64,000 nucleotides of DNA from Zygnema circumcarinatum SAG 698-1b. Lineage: Eukaryota > Plantae > Zygnematophyceae. The position numbers and the translations under genes are program-made. Shown piece by piece: positions 48,902 through 61,338 of this stretch; positions within the stretch are counted from its first letter, which is position 1; each line of letters begins with the position of its first letter. The notes beneath the pieces were generated by a model, which saw only the letters and a program-made list of their open reading frames with translations, had not been told where the DNA came from and ran no database searches. The stretch is taken from NCBI GenBank assembly GCA_037447605.1, contig CM074817.1:62001-126000 (forward strand), read 5' to 3'.

Positions 48902-50132
48902 ATGTCTCTTCATATGTACACGCAGTGGCGCCTTCTCCCTCTCGCAGCAGTAATTTATTACTTTGCACATGCTTCTGTTGCCTCCGCACTCTATGGAGGG
49001 CTCTCAGGGACTACCACCGCCACGTGGTATGGGGCTCCTGAAGGCGACGGATCGGACGGTATGTCCGATTAATATTAAACTATATAAATTTCTATTTTTT
49101 TATTCTATAAAAAATTCTTCGATGAAATAGGCTGATCGCAACGAAAAATTTCATGTTGAGAGTTCTCCTTTGACCTTTCCCTTCTATTTGGCGCATTTTC
49201 TAATCCATATACAGAGCTGAATGCCCCCTTTCTTTCCTGCAGGCGGAGCTTGCGGCTATGGGCCCCTCTCCCACACTCCATATCAAGCGTTTATTGTCGC
49301 TGGGAGCGCCCCCCTCTTTTTGAATGGAGCCGGGTGTGGAGCATGCTACCAGGTAACGCTCTCCCTTCCGCTCCCTGTCCCACTCCCACTCCCTCTTCCA
49401 TTCCCACTCCCACTCCCTCTGCCTCTCTCACTCTCTCTCCCACCCACTCCCACTCCCTCTTCCACTCCCACCTCACTCTCACTCTCACTCTCTCACTCCC
49501 ACTCCCACTCCCACTCCCACTCCCTCTCCCACTCCCACTCCCACTCCCTCTCCCACTCCCTCTCCCTCTCCCTCCCAGCAAGCCCTCCCTATCCTCCCCT
49601 CATTCTAACCCCCCCTCCACGCAGTCACCATTTCCGCCAGCTCTCGAACGGGCTCCCTCCCTTGCAGACGGACACAAACGATCCAAAAGGATCCTAAACT
49701 CGCGCGATTGACGAGTCCCTTGGTAAATCCTGACCGTCGATGCTGCGGTTGGGCGGGCGGACGGAATCGGTTGGGGGCAGGTCCAGTGCACGAGCAGCAG
49801 CCTGTGCTCGGCGACGGGCGTCGTGGTCGCGGTGACCGACCTCTGTCCGGGCGGCGACTTCTGCGGCGGCGGCAACACGCACTTCGACCTGAGCGGGGCG
49901 GCCTTCGGGGCGCTGGCGGTGCCGGGGCGGGCCAATGACCTGCGGACACTTGGCGTGCTCACCGTCGCCTACGACCGGTAGGCGCACGCCCCAACGGCCA
50001 ACACTCTCACTACGGACACCGCCCTCGCCCTCTTTCTCTCTCTTCGAGCAAGGGCTGAACTGAACTCATGTGAAGTGAAGCCTGCTTTGGAAAAAGCTCC
50101 ATTTCATTGGTGAGTAGTTTTCGAAGGTTAAA

Positions 50133-50173
<41 letters not shown>

Positions 50174-53100
50174 GTGTATCCGCATTGTGTGGTGGCAGAA
50201 CGCCATGCAACTTCCCGGGTCGGAATCTATTCTTGGAAATCTTGCCGGGATTCAATCCGTATTATGTTGGGGTTGTACCTGGCGGAGGAGCCGGCCCCGG
50301 GTCCGTGGCAGCCATGGCTATCAAACAGGTGAGGAAGGCGCGTGCTTGTTGGCTCCGGGTCATTCTCTGGTAAAGAACCAAACCGGCGCACACAAAATTT
50401 TAGTCATGCATGTGGCCAATATAGTCAGTTTGCTCGTAATTTGTTGCTCAAACATAGTTTAAGCTTATCGTTATTCATGTTTGCAGTCGACCTCGCCAAC
50501 TTTCCAACCTTTGACAAAGGACTGGGGAGCTTCTTTCATCCTTCAGTCTCCGACTCCTATGAGCGGTCCCTTTACCGTCCAAATTACTGCTGGTGCTACA
50601 GGTGCCTATTGCCATTACTTAGCTTAAAAGAAGCTCAAAGCTGAGTACGTTAATCACACAAATCAAACAACGAAAAAAACACTGACTAATTTGAAATTCT
50701 GCTCGTTTCAGGTGAAGTCATTACTTGTCCGAATACCATTCCAAGCTCCTTCGTTGCTGGGTATTTATACGACTGTGGAGCTCAGTTTTCAAGTGGAGCG
50801 GACACTGTAACTCCAGTGCCTGCGTCCCCCCTAATAGCAAGTTCTCCACCTCCTTTACGTTCACCTCCACTTCCTTCACCTTCGCCCCCTCCTCCATCTT
50901 TGCCTTCGCCCCCTCCTCCATCTTTGCCTTCGCCCCCTCCTCCATCTTCACCTTCGCCCCCTCCTCCATCTTCACCTTCGCCCCCTCCTCCATCTTCACC
51001 TTCGCCTTCGCCCCCTCCTCCATCTTCACCTTCGCCCCCTCCTCCATCTTCACCTTCGCCCCCTCCTCCATCTTCACCTTCGCCCCCTCCTCCATCTTCA
51101 CCTTCGCCCCCTCCTCCATCTTCACCTTCGCCCCCTCCTCCATCTTCACTTTCGCCCCCTCCATCTTCGCCTTCGCCCCCTCCTCCATCTTCACCTTCGC
51201 CCCTCCTCCATCTTCACCTTCGCCCCCTCCTCCATCTTTGCCTTCGCCCCCTCCTCCATCTTCACCTTCGCCCCTCCTCCATCTTTGCCTTCGCCCCCTC
51301 CTCCATCTTTGCCTTCGCCCCCTCCTCCATCTTTGCCTTCGCCCCCTCCTCCATCTTCACCTTCGCCCCCTCCTCCATCTTTGCCTTCGCCCCCTCCTCC
51401 ATCTTTGCCTTCGCCCCCTCCTCCATCTTCACCTTCGCCCCTCCTCCATCTTCACCTTCGCCCCCTCCTCCATCTTCACCTTCGCCCCCTCCTCCATCTT
51501 TGCCTTCGCCCCCTCCTCCATCTTCACCTTCGCCCCCTCCTCCATCTTTGCCTTCGCCCCCTCCTCCATCTTCACCTTCGCCCCCTCCTCCATCTTCACC
51601 TTCGCCCCCTCCTCCATCTTTGCCTTCGCCCCCTCCTCCATCTTTGCCTTCGCCCCCTCCTCCATCTTTGCCTTCGCCCCCTCCTCCATCTTTGCCTTCG
51701 CCCCCTCCTCCATCTTTGCCTTCGCCCCCTCCTCCATCTTCACCTTCGCCCCCTCCTCCATCTTCACCTTCGCCCCCTCCTCCATCTTCACCTTCGCCCC
51801 CTCCTCCATCTTTGCCTTCGCCCCCTCCTCCATCTTTGCCTTCGCCCCCTCCTCCATCTTTGCCTTCGCCCCCTCCTCCATCTTCACCTTCGCCCCCTCC
51901 TCCATCTTCACCTTCGCCCCCTCCTCCATCTTCACCTTCGCCCCCTCCTCCATCTTCACCTTCGCCCCCTCCTCCATCTTTGCCTTCGCCCCCTCCTCCA
52001 TCTTCACCTTCGCCCCCTCCTCCATCTTCACCTTCGCCCCCTCCATCTTCACCTTCGCCCCCTCCTCCATCTTTGCCTTCGCCCCCTCCTCCATCTTTGC
52101 CTTCGCCCCCTCCTCCATCTTCACCTTCGCCCCCTCCTCCATCTTTGCCTTCGCCCCCTCCTCCATCTTTGCCTTCGCCCCCTCCTCCATCTTTGCCTTC
52201 GCCCCCTCCTCCATCTTTGCCTTCGCCCCCTCCTCCATCTTCACCTTCGCCCCTCCTCCATCTTCACCTTCGCCCCTCCTCCATCTTCACCTTCGCCCCT
52301 CCTCCATCCATCTTCACCTTCGCCCCCTCCTCCATCTTTGCCTTCGCCCCCTCCTCCATCTTCACCTTCGCCCCCTCCTCCATCTTCACCTTCGCCCCCT
52401 CCTCCATCTTCACCTTCGCCCCCTCCTCCATCTTCACCTTCGCCCCTCCTCCATCTTCACCTTCGCCCCTCCTCCATCTTCACCTTCGCCCCCTCCTCCA
52501 TCTTCACCTTCGCCCCCTCCTCCATCTTTGCCTTCGCCCCCTCCTCCATCTTTGCCTTCGCCCCCTCCTCCATCTTTGCCTTCGCCCCCTCCTCCATCTT
52601 CACCTTCGCCACCTCCTCCATCTTTGCCTTCGCCCCCTCCTCCATCTTCACCTTCGCCCCCTCCTCCATCTTCACCTTCGCCCCCTCCTCCATCTTCACC
52701 TTCGCCCCCTCCTCCATCTTTGCCTTCGCCCCCTCCTCCATCTTCACCTTCGCCCCCTCCTCCATCTTTGCCTTCGCCCCCTCCTCCATCTTCACCTTCG
52801 CCCCCTCCTCCATCTTCACCTTCGCCCCCTCCTCCATCTTCACCTTCGCCCCCTCCTCCATCTTCACCTTCGCCCCCTCCTCCATCTTCACCTTCGCCCC
52901 CTCCTCCATCTTCACCTTCGCCCCCTCCTCCATCTTCACCTTCGCCCCCTCCTCCATCTTCACCTTCGCCCCTCCTCCATCTTCACCTTCGCCCCCTCCT
53001 CCATCTTCACCTTCGCCCCTCCTCCATCTTCTCCTTCGCCCCCTCCTCCATCTTCACCTTCGCCCCCTCCTCCATCTTCACCTTCGCCCCCTCCTCCATC

Positions 53101-53336
53101 TTCACCTTCGCCCCCTCCTCCATCTTCACCTTCGCCCCTCCTCCATCTTCACCTTCGCCCCTCCTCCATCTTCACCTTCGCCCCCTCCTCCATCTTTGCC
53201 TTCGCCCCCTCCTCCATCTTTGCCTTCGCCCCCTCCTCCATCTTCACTTTCGCCCCCTCCATCTTCACCTTCGCCCCCTCCTCCATCTTCACCTTCGCCC
53301 CTCCTCCATCTTCATTTGATGGCCTCACCATCTTGA
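48902..53336 (+). CDS. Beta-expansin-like protein fused to a long Ser-Pro4 extensin-like tail (3' end uncertain)
   Basis: Exons 48902-49058, 49243-49352, 49781-49977, 50199-50328, 50487-50601 and 50712 onward give a signal peptide, [54 protein letters not shown] and [18 protein letters not shown]. The frame continues directly into (S/L)PSPPPPS repeats. Confidence 0.88.
50874..53313 (+). repeat. Coding 24-bp minisatellite, ~100 units (TCA/TTG CCT TCG CCC CCT CCT CCA TCT)
   Basis: Two main variants (Ser/Leu), some in-frame 21-bp units, and about a dozen 23-bp units with a C5-to-C4 change. Confidence 0.95.
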
Positions 53337-54502
53337 GACCAATGCAAATCCCCTTTTCTTTTGTCGCACATTGTTGGAAGTCAATAGTGAAAAGGAGAAA
53401 ACGAGGGGGGTGGAATGTCCAGAAAAAGAGGAGGGGAGGGGAGGAGGGGAGGGGAGGGGAGGGCCGGGGAGGACAGGGCAGGGGAGGGGAGGGAAGGGGA
53501 GGGGAGGGGAGGGGAGGGTCGGGGAGGACAGGGCCGGGGAGGACAGGGCAAGGGAGGGGAGGGGAGGGGAGGGGAGGAGAGGGCAGGGGATGGGCGGGAG
53601 CGGAGGGGACGGGAGGGGCGGGAAAAAGATTTTTTCCCGAAATTTTCAAAACTGGGGGGTACCAAAACGGGCAGGCAAAATTTTCAAAAGGGGGGTGCGA
53701 AAGACAAAACGCGGGGGTGCAGTAGAGTTACCCCAACGGATTCATGCGAAAAATTGAAAGGGCATTTACCGCGACTAGCTTGTCGATTGCCCGAACAAAT
53801 CACCAAACAGGCCTTTGTCCGTACACATTGAACAATTAATTATCGTTCGTGTTCAACTTGAGTTTTCCTTGGGTCCACCGACCAACCATGAGATTTTAGA
53901 GAATCGCAAAGCGCGTGGACCCTCTTGTTTGTACAGAAATTGTTGATCAGCTCCCGGGAAGAGTCGTACGGCAAAAATGGGGCCTGGGTTAACTCAATCC
54001 CTCGAATCGCACAGAACCAACGTGGCGAAAATTGGAATCCACACGTGCGACCGAACACATCGAGTCTTGAACTTTATTTTCCTTTAAAACTTTACGCTTT
54101 CTTAAATCGAAAGAATTTCGACCTCGAGTGTTCAGAGTTGAACCATAAGGGGGAGTCAGCCTGTCGGGCGAATTAAGCATTGGCAAGGTACGCATTTCGG
54201 TACGGCTGTGAACGGCGGAGCCGCGGATCCCGATCCGGAATTCGTACACGAAAGAAGTCTGACTCCCCCTATGAGATTCAATGAGATTGAAAATTGAGAA
54301 ATTAAATAAACTAGTCCGTACACCTGATTCGTCCTTATTTTGATTGTCGTACTGTATTATATAACGGATGGCCCGGATCTGGAACTAAATGAAAGTTTCC
54401 TTTGATCTGGATTTGTCTGTAAGACTCCAGGACAGTTGTGAAAGACAGCATCCGTACGAAAAGTCCAGAATTCGTCGCCGTTCGGCCAATCGTTGACTGT
54501 CA

Positions 54503-54563
54503 CCGATTCCCGTCACCTGTCGGCCGTCGGTTAAACCGACGGCCGACAGGTGACGGGAATCGG
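54503..54563. repeat. Perfect 30-bp inverted repeat with a 1-nt spacer
   Basis: ccgattcccgtcacctgtcggccgtcggtt-a-aaccgacggccgacaggtgacgggaatcgg. Confidence 0.97.
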
Positions 54564-54936
54564 ACGGCGGCCGACAAGGCCGGCTATCGGGCGCTAGCGA
54601 ATCCTCAGTCGCCACGTGGCGGACACTTATAGGCCGAATGGCTCCTCACTTGGCTGAAAACCAACCGACGAGCACCTTCGCACGTGTAATCGTGACAGGT
54701 GTCTCTGTGACTACGACTGCAAGGCCGCCGGCGCGATCTGTCGAGAGACTTAATAAGTGAAAGGGGCTCCTTACTTAAAAACAACTTGAAAATAATATAA
54801 GAATTAAAGCATGTTGATAATTGTATAAGAGATTCAATCGAAAAAGTAGATGATTCATCATCACGAGGGGAGAAGAAAATTGACAGAAGTGAGCACACGA
54901 GGCCAGCACCGAGGGCGCCTTCTTGCCTATCTCACC

Positions 54937-56494
54937 ATGATAATTTCCATCAAGTTAGTAACGGTTTTGCTTCTAGTAAGTGCTGCCAGATTTCCTGCAT
55001 CGGCAAGCACAAGAAATCTGCGGACTGTCGCTACTATCCAAAGGGAGGGAGACGAAACTCCGACGGTGATTCGGAGAAGCCTCACCGAAAATACGAGTAA
55101 GGACAATACTTAACTTATGGTTGCCAACTTTCTTTCCCTCGCTCCAGTAATTTAACCACTTTGCTGCTGGTTTCCTTAATCCCTCTCTCTTTATATTTTC
55201 CGTTCCAATCCTTTCCTTTTCATTCTGGAGGGAGGGACGAGGGGGGCACAACCCCACTCCTCAACCTCCCTTTCAGGCCCCATGCTCACCCCTTTCACTG
55301 CATTTCCCCTTCCCCTGCAAGACGATGCTTTTTTTTTTGACAGTGAACTCAGCAGACAGGCAGCATATTGATTATTCCACTTTGATAATTGATATTTCTT
55401 ATGTCTGCGTTGTGCCTTTCTCCCGTAACATGTGCGCGCATGATTCAGCTACGGCAAGCACGCCAGCAAACACTGAATCTTCTGATCCATCGGTGGACGT
55501 GCTCGCTGCTCTCAATCGCTTCATTGGGACCATTAGAGGTCTGTTTCCCGTTGTTCGCCTCTTCAAGCATTTCTTAAGTAACATCTGCCATTGAATGTGA
55601 TATAAAAAACCACCATACAACATAATGGTAATTCTAACTTCAAGCACTTTCAGTGCAGACGTGGTAGTCCCATCAAACAATGACACGTCATCCCCGATTG
55701 CGGCGATTGTAAATGGTACATTAAGCAATAGCACAAACTCGACAGGGGCTCCCCAAGGGAGCAATGTCACAGATTCAACGAATATGGGGACTTCGACTTC
55801 TAGCTCCATCGGAATGCCCTTCGCATTCAATGTTTTTGTGTTCGGAGCCCCTGTTCAAGCAATAAGCCTTTTGTCAACAGGCAATAAGGGCTTAGAGCAA
55901 ATGCTTATTCAATCGAGCCAATCATCAGCGACCGCAGATGGGCAAAGTACCATTCAGCAATACGCCCCACAGCGAGAAAGCGTGGGCTCGTCTTCAGGCG
56001 GCAGCGACTCCTCAAGTAACTCCAGCTCCGAGGCCAGTGCCAATAGCACCATTTCTTCGTACAATTCAACAAGCACAAATCCTTCGAGTGGAAACACATC
56101 GTTGAACCAGATCGAGTACACCATTGCAAATGTGGTTGATCAACTGAAGTTGAGAACACGATTTCTGGATGACGAGATGAACCTGACTAGGACAGCACTA
56201 GCAAGTGCGCAACAGTTGCAATTGCAACAAAGGAACGTGACAGAGGAGCTGAAGAGCAGGTACAAGAAAGAAGCAGCGGAGTCGGAATCATCTGAGCAGC
56301 AATTGCAGAAAAGACAGGCGAAGGAGCGGGGTCAATTGGAAAAGGATCAGAGAGCGGGAGCAACTAAACTTCTGGAGAAGTTTGATTCTGAGCGAGGAAG
56401 GCTACTTCAGCAAGAAGAGAGGAAAATGCTGCAGTTGCAGCAACAGCAACAGCAACATCAATTGACCTATAACTCGACAAATGATGGGACATGA
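54937..56494 (+). CDS. Secreted Ser/Thr/Asn-rich orphan protein with a C-terminal coiled coil (three exons)
   Basis: The signal-like start MIISIKLVTVLLLVSAA lies in exon 54937-55096. Exon 55344 (or 55449)-55538 and exon 55659-56494 both join in phase 1. There are 12 N-x-S/T sequons and a Q/E/K/R heptad-like C-terminus. Confidence 0.72.
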
Positions 56495-57452
56495 CCATAA
56501 GCAATTTTCAACTGGATTGTGTCGCATAAATCAGACTTGAGAAATGACGCAGACGCAGAAAAGAAGTGTGAGATAGACGGATGAAATCAGTAGCTGGAAC
56601 CACCTTTAGTCCTTGAGTTTCATCTCGTGGCTAAGCGGTCAGGCACTACTGTCGAGACATAATGAGGAAGTGGACGGGCTTGACGATCACTTTCCAATAA
56701 AAGTATTCGCACCTCTCGTGCCAGTGAGCCTTGTAAAAACAAAAAAAAATTAGTCCGAGTCTCTAACGCATGCAACAGCCTCAATCTTGCCTATTTATTT
56801 CAAGAACGACTGTCTTTATGGCACTTTTTGTGTGCACATGATGTCTTCCAATCACGCACGAAATGGTTCTGGACTTCATGCATGTACAATCTGCAGCTCA
56901 TCCAAGATCGATATTTTCAATCTAAAGCGTCCAAAATTAACGTCTATCGCAGTTTTAGAACCGGCTTCTTTATTTCCTCCAATCTTTTTCTATAAGTAGT
57001 TCTTTTTATCCTTTCTTTTTTGAAACAAGAGGACAGGAAAGGTGAAGGAGCAGGAGCATAGTTTTCAAGTTTTCCTCCAAGGAGAGAAAAATCCAGATCG
57101 AACGACGACAAATAAAAGGTTCAAGGAACGAATTCGAGCTGCGGATGAACCTCCTCTAGTTGAGGAACAGCCCTCCACAAATTTAACTTGCGATGCAAGC
57201 ATGCAAGCATGCAGCAATGCAAGCATAGAAGGCAAATATGCTGAAAGGCTACTACACTTATATGTTGGGCTCCTGTAGCTTTTTGGGTAAAGAGCAACTC
57301 GACACCTCGAACTGAAGTGCCGAGATCCGGCCTTCTTTGGATAATAAACGAAAAAACACAATCACTTTCCGTCCGTCTTAGCAGCAAACAACTCGACGAG
57401 CCCACGCCAAATCATACTAACTCCTTATTTTAAATCCCTAGAACTCTCTTAC

Positions 57453-60301
57453 TTACTCCTTTGTGTCAAAATCAGTAAGGTTCTTCTGCGGGCCTTTGAA
57501 GTCGAAGATGCTTCTTGGAAGCAGCCATGGGATGGTGATGAGGATCATGACGCCCCCGAGAACAATCGGCGCATAATTGAGAGTCTTAGCTGTGACGGGA
57601 TAAATGGTAGGAAGAGAGAAAACTACGGTAATGAATGCGACCCACAGAATGGCGATAGAGTTCACGAGCACACTGAAATTCCCCAGGTGGAAGGGGCCCT
57701 TTACAAAGGTCTTTCTGCTGACTGTCATCTTCATGAGAATGGGAATGGCGCAAGCCACGTATACTCCAACTGTTGAGAAGGAAGACAGAGCTGTGAAGGC
57801 GACGGGGCTCCAAATGATAGGCAGCACGAAGAGCAACATTCCTGCGAATGTGAGGGCGACAGCTGGGAGGGGGACTTTGTTCTTGGGGGTGACTTGCATC
57901 CAAATGGACGAGAAGGGTGTGGCTCCATCACGGCTCATAGCCCACATCTGCGAGAGAGGTAGCGAGAATGAGAGAGATGGGTTCATTAGATCAGGGAGTA
58001 ATCAAAGGTTTCACACATCACTTAGGACACATTGCGCAACAGAAGTACATTCTTCTTCATGAGAATCCAAGACCTTGCTAGTATTCCTCCGAATAAAGGC
58101 AAAAAGGAAAATGTTTGAGTGGTGCGCATCGCTCACCAAGCGAGCTACGGCACATCCGCCGGTCGCCATTGCGAAGGGATTCACTAGCAGGAAGCAGGCA
58201 ACTACAACAGTTGCGCCCTTCCCAGTACCAAAACGTGCTTCAAAGACATCGTAAATGAGTTGTAGACCGGGGTAAAGACCGAGCGTTATATTCTCCGGAT
58301 TCTGCAAGTTAAGGGGGTCTTGCATACTGCACGCACACAGGTGACATATGATCATTTTTCCATCTTGTCACACGTACATTCACATGGTTTGCTAGTATTT
58401 TTGATCGTGTCCGTAGCGGCAAGATAGACTCATAGATGTACATGTACATTAGAAAATAAATGTGATGGAAAGACAATGAACCATCATGGGGGGTGGGGTG
58501 GGGGGGAAAGAGAGAGAGGAAAGGAGAGAAAATAGAGAGAAGAGAGTGGAAGGCATAGGGAGAACTGCCTACCTGAAAAGAAAACTTAGGAGAATACCAA
58601 ATCCTACTACCATGCTCGTGGCAGTTGACAGAACGGTGCTCCATGCTGCCGCCGAGTCGCTCTTTATCGTCTCTTCCGACAGATGGCCGTTTAGATCAAA
58701 GCCAACGAAGCAGAACTGAGAAAAGAGAAGGCCAACAAAGAACAGGTAGGCACGCGAATCTATTCCCAGAAACTCCCCGTTGTCGATAAATTCCGTGAAC
58801 ACGTAAGAAACTGATTGGTGGGTGGGGGCGATAGCAGGAAGGCCTATGAGAAGAAATAGAGCCAAAAGCAAGTTCCAAACTGAGGCGAACTCGGCGAGGA
58901 GTCCAATGCACCAGACTGGCATGAGGTTCGAGACGAATCCCAAAACGACAATTCCACAGCAGATTGCGAAAACGACTCTGCTTGAGAATGTGCACGACGA
59001 GCCAGACATTTGTATTACGGTAACTATGAACTGAGCGAAGATGTAAGTTCCCGCTCCGTAGCCGGCAACGTAACCAAGCCAGTTGAACCATCTGCCACGA
59101 TTAACAACAAAAAAGTAGCAAGATTCGCTGAAGATCGTAAGTATCTCAGCAAGCATTAGATATTGGCTGTTCTTTCGACTCAGGGAGAGAAAATAAGTAC
59201 AAAAGGGAAAATAATCTGCTTTACTGGGATTGATACTGAGAGAGGGAGAGCTGGAAACAAGTAGAGGGAGAGAGGTGGGCGAATTAGTAGAGGGAGTGGG
59301 ACACTGAACAAGGAGGAAGGAGAAAAAGAGAGAGAGAGGCAACCGAGTACAAGGACGAGCAGAGAAACGGTGGGAGAAAGCGAGGGACAGGTGAGATTAA
59401 GGAGAGGGAGGAGGGAGCGGGAGAGCAGGCGGGAAGGAGGGAGGCAGTGAGAGGAGCGAAAGGAGAGTAGAGGAGGAACAATCAGTGAAGCAGAGACAGA
59501 CTTCAGGTATAAAGGCAATGTGCGCTGAATCTCCTCACATGGAATGGCCAATACGAAAAGAAAGGCAGCACTTTTAAGAAAATGCAAAATAAATAGATCA
59601 AATTACAAAAACAAGAAATAAATTTTCCCAATTCCGGGGCCAGCATGAAAAGGGGCGGCGCTGACCCAGTGTACCAGCAGGCGACCTTTCCCCATTTCTC
59701 CCCGCCGAGGTGGTACGCGTGGTAGTAGATTCCACCCGACGTCTGGATCCACCACACCAGTTCCACTCAACTATTCAACTCAGCGCCGCAGCGTCACACA
59801 GAGTCGCCAAATCACTCACTTTCGGCTATGTTGACCAATTCAATTAGTCGGTCGGTAAAAACTAACCAATAGACTACAGCAATTACTATGACTAAGTACA
59901 AATATGAAGGCTGAATACGTACGGGCAGCGAGGAGAGAATCTCCGCCAGCGAGAGCACGACCGTCATAGTGAAGGCGCAGACGAGGACCCACCCCCACAC
60001 CATCGTGACCGGCCCTCCGTACGTGAACCCGATCGTGAAGAGGGCGGGGATGGCGACCGGCGTCGACAAGGTCGCAGCGAGGCAGCAGAAGGCCATCACC
60101 GAGCTCTGCATGCATGCATGCATTCACAAGCAAGTCATCAGGCCGTGTCATGCCATGTCATGCCATGCCTTGCCATATTTTGCTCGGCCATGCCATGCAG
60201 TGTCATGTCACGTGGCCCACCAGCTCGCGCTTCAGCGTCTGCTTGTAGCCGAGATCGTTGAGGCGTTTCTCGCCGGAATCCATGACCACCAGTTCCACCA
60301 T
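57453..60301 (-). CDS. APC-family amino acid/GABA permease (BAT1-like)
   Basis: MDSGEKRLNDLGYKQTLKREL, GGPVTMVWGW, LSLAEILSSLP|TSGGIYY, WYTG|WFN, GFDLNGHLSEET, WAMSRDGATPFS, GPFHLG and LPTIYPVTAKTLNYAP. Multiple TM segments. Confidence 0.93.
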
Positions 60302-61338
60302 CGCGTCCACGCAGTTTCAGGGAGGGAGAGAGAGAGAGGGTGAGAGGGAGAGAGGAGGGGAAGGGAGAGGGCGAGTGGAAAGGAAAGGAGAAGGAGGAAG
60401 GTGAGAGAGGAATGTTAAGCAGACTGACCTGCAAGGGAGAGGGAGAGGGAGAGGGAGAGAGAGAGGCGGCGGCGAGAATGAGGATGAGGGCATCCGGTAT
60501 ACGGAAAGTGCACAAAACATCGACTGCCGATAGGGGGGGATCAGCGGCAGATCCCGTTTATGCCACGTGGCGAGACACGAGTGGCTGATGTCGGACCATA
60601 TCGATTCTGTATTGTTGGCTATCAGAGTTTTGTGAGCGGTGGACTGTACGGACGGGAGTTCCGACACGCAGGGTTATGTCGGTGGGCGGCGGCGGCGGCA
60701 TATCCGTATGGCCAGAAGTCCCGCAAAGCGGGGGCAGCCAGGGGTGGACGTGGGGCCTATGGACCACTACGGTCCAAAGAACCGTACGAGTAGCTTTGTG
60801 GGAAATCTGGATGATATGTACGTACGTACGTGATGATGATCTGAATGGATCGATTGGATACGAATGGCACTGATTGGGCGACAGCGTCCTTCTAATGAAA
60901 TGGGACAAGAAAATACTTATATTTCGTACGAACAGCTCGTGGGTTGCTGGCGGCGCCAGCTGACGAGTTTAAGGCCCGTACGGATCGAAACGACGGGTCT
61001 GTACGGACAGTACGAACACTGGTTTTTAGAGGTGGCGGTCCAGACTCTAGCAATCGGTTCGCAACAACTTTTCAAGTTTTCATCTTGGTACAACATGTGC
61101 CTCCTAATGTTTGCGTCCGTCTCCGTACATTCCTTCTCTTAGAGTACAATATGGCATGGCATTGCATGGCCAAATCCTACCAACAACCATGTTGTTCCTC
61201 CCATGGCCATAGCGCGATGTACTATGTATGGCACACAGTCTATGGTACAATGTTTCTAAGGTACAATGTTGGACAATGTCATGCTCCGCATCTCATGCTA
61301 TGCATGACATGCGCCACAACTTGGGTGCCATGCTCATG

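Noticed and set aside
50721-52963. Minus-strand ORFs of (KMEEGAKV/A)n resembling a LEA-like repeat protein
   Set aside because: They are the antisense reading of the 24-bp array. They are broken by stops at each unit-length change and have no unique flanks, whereas the + frame is continuous with an expansin exon.
50874-53313. Regular repeat arrays (also 12993-13340) as CRISPR-like
   Set aside because: No unique spacers, no cas genes, and a eukaryotic context.
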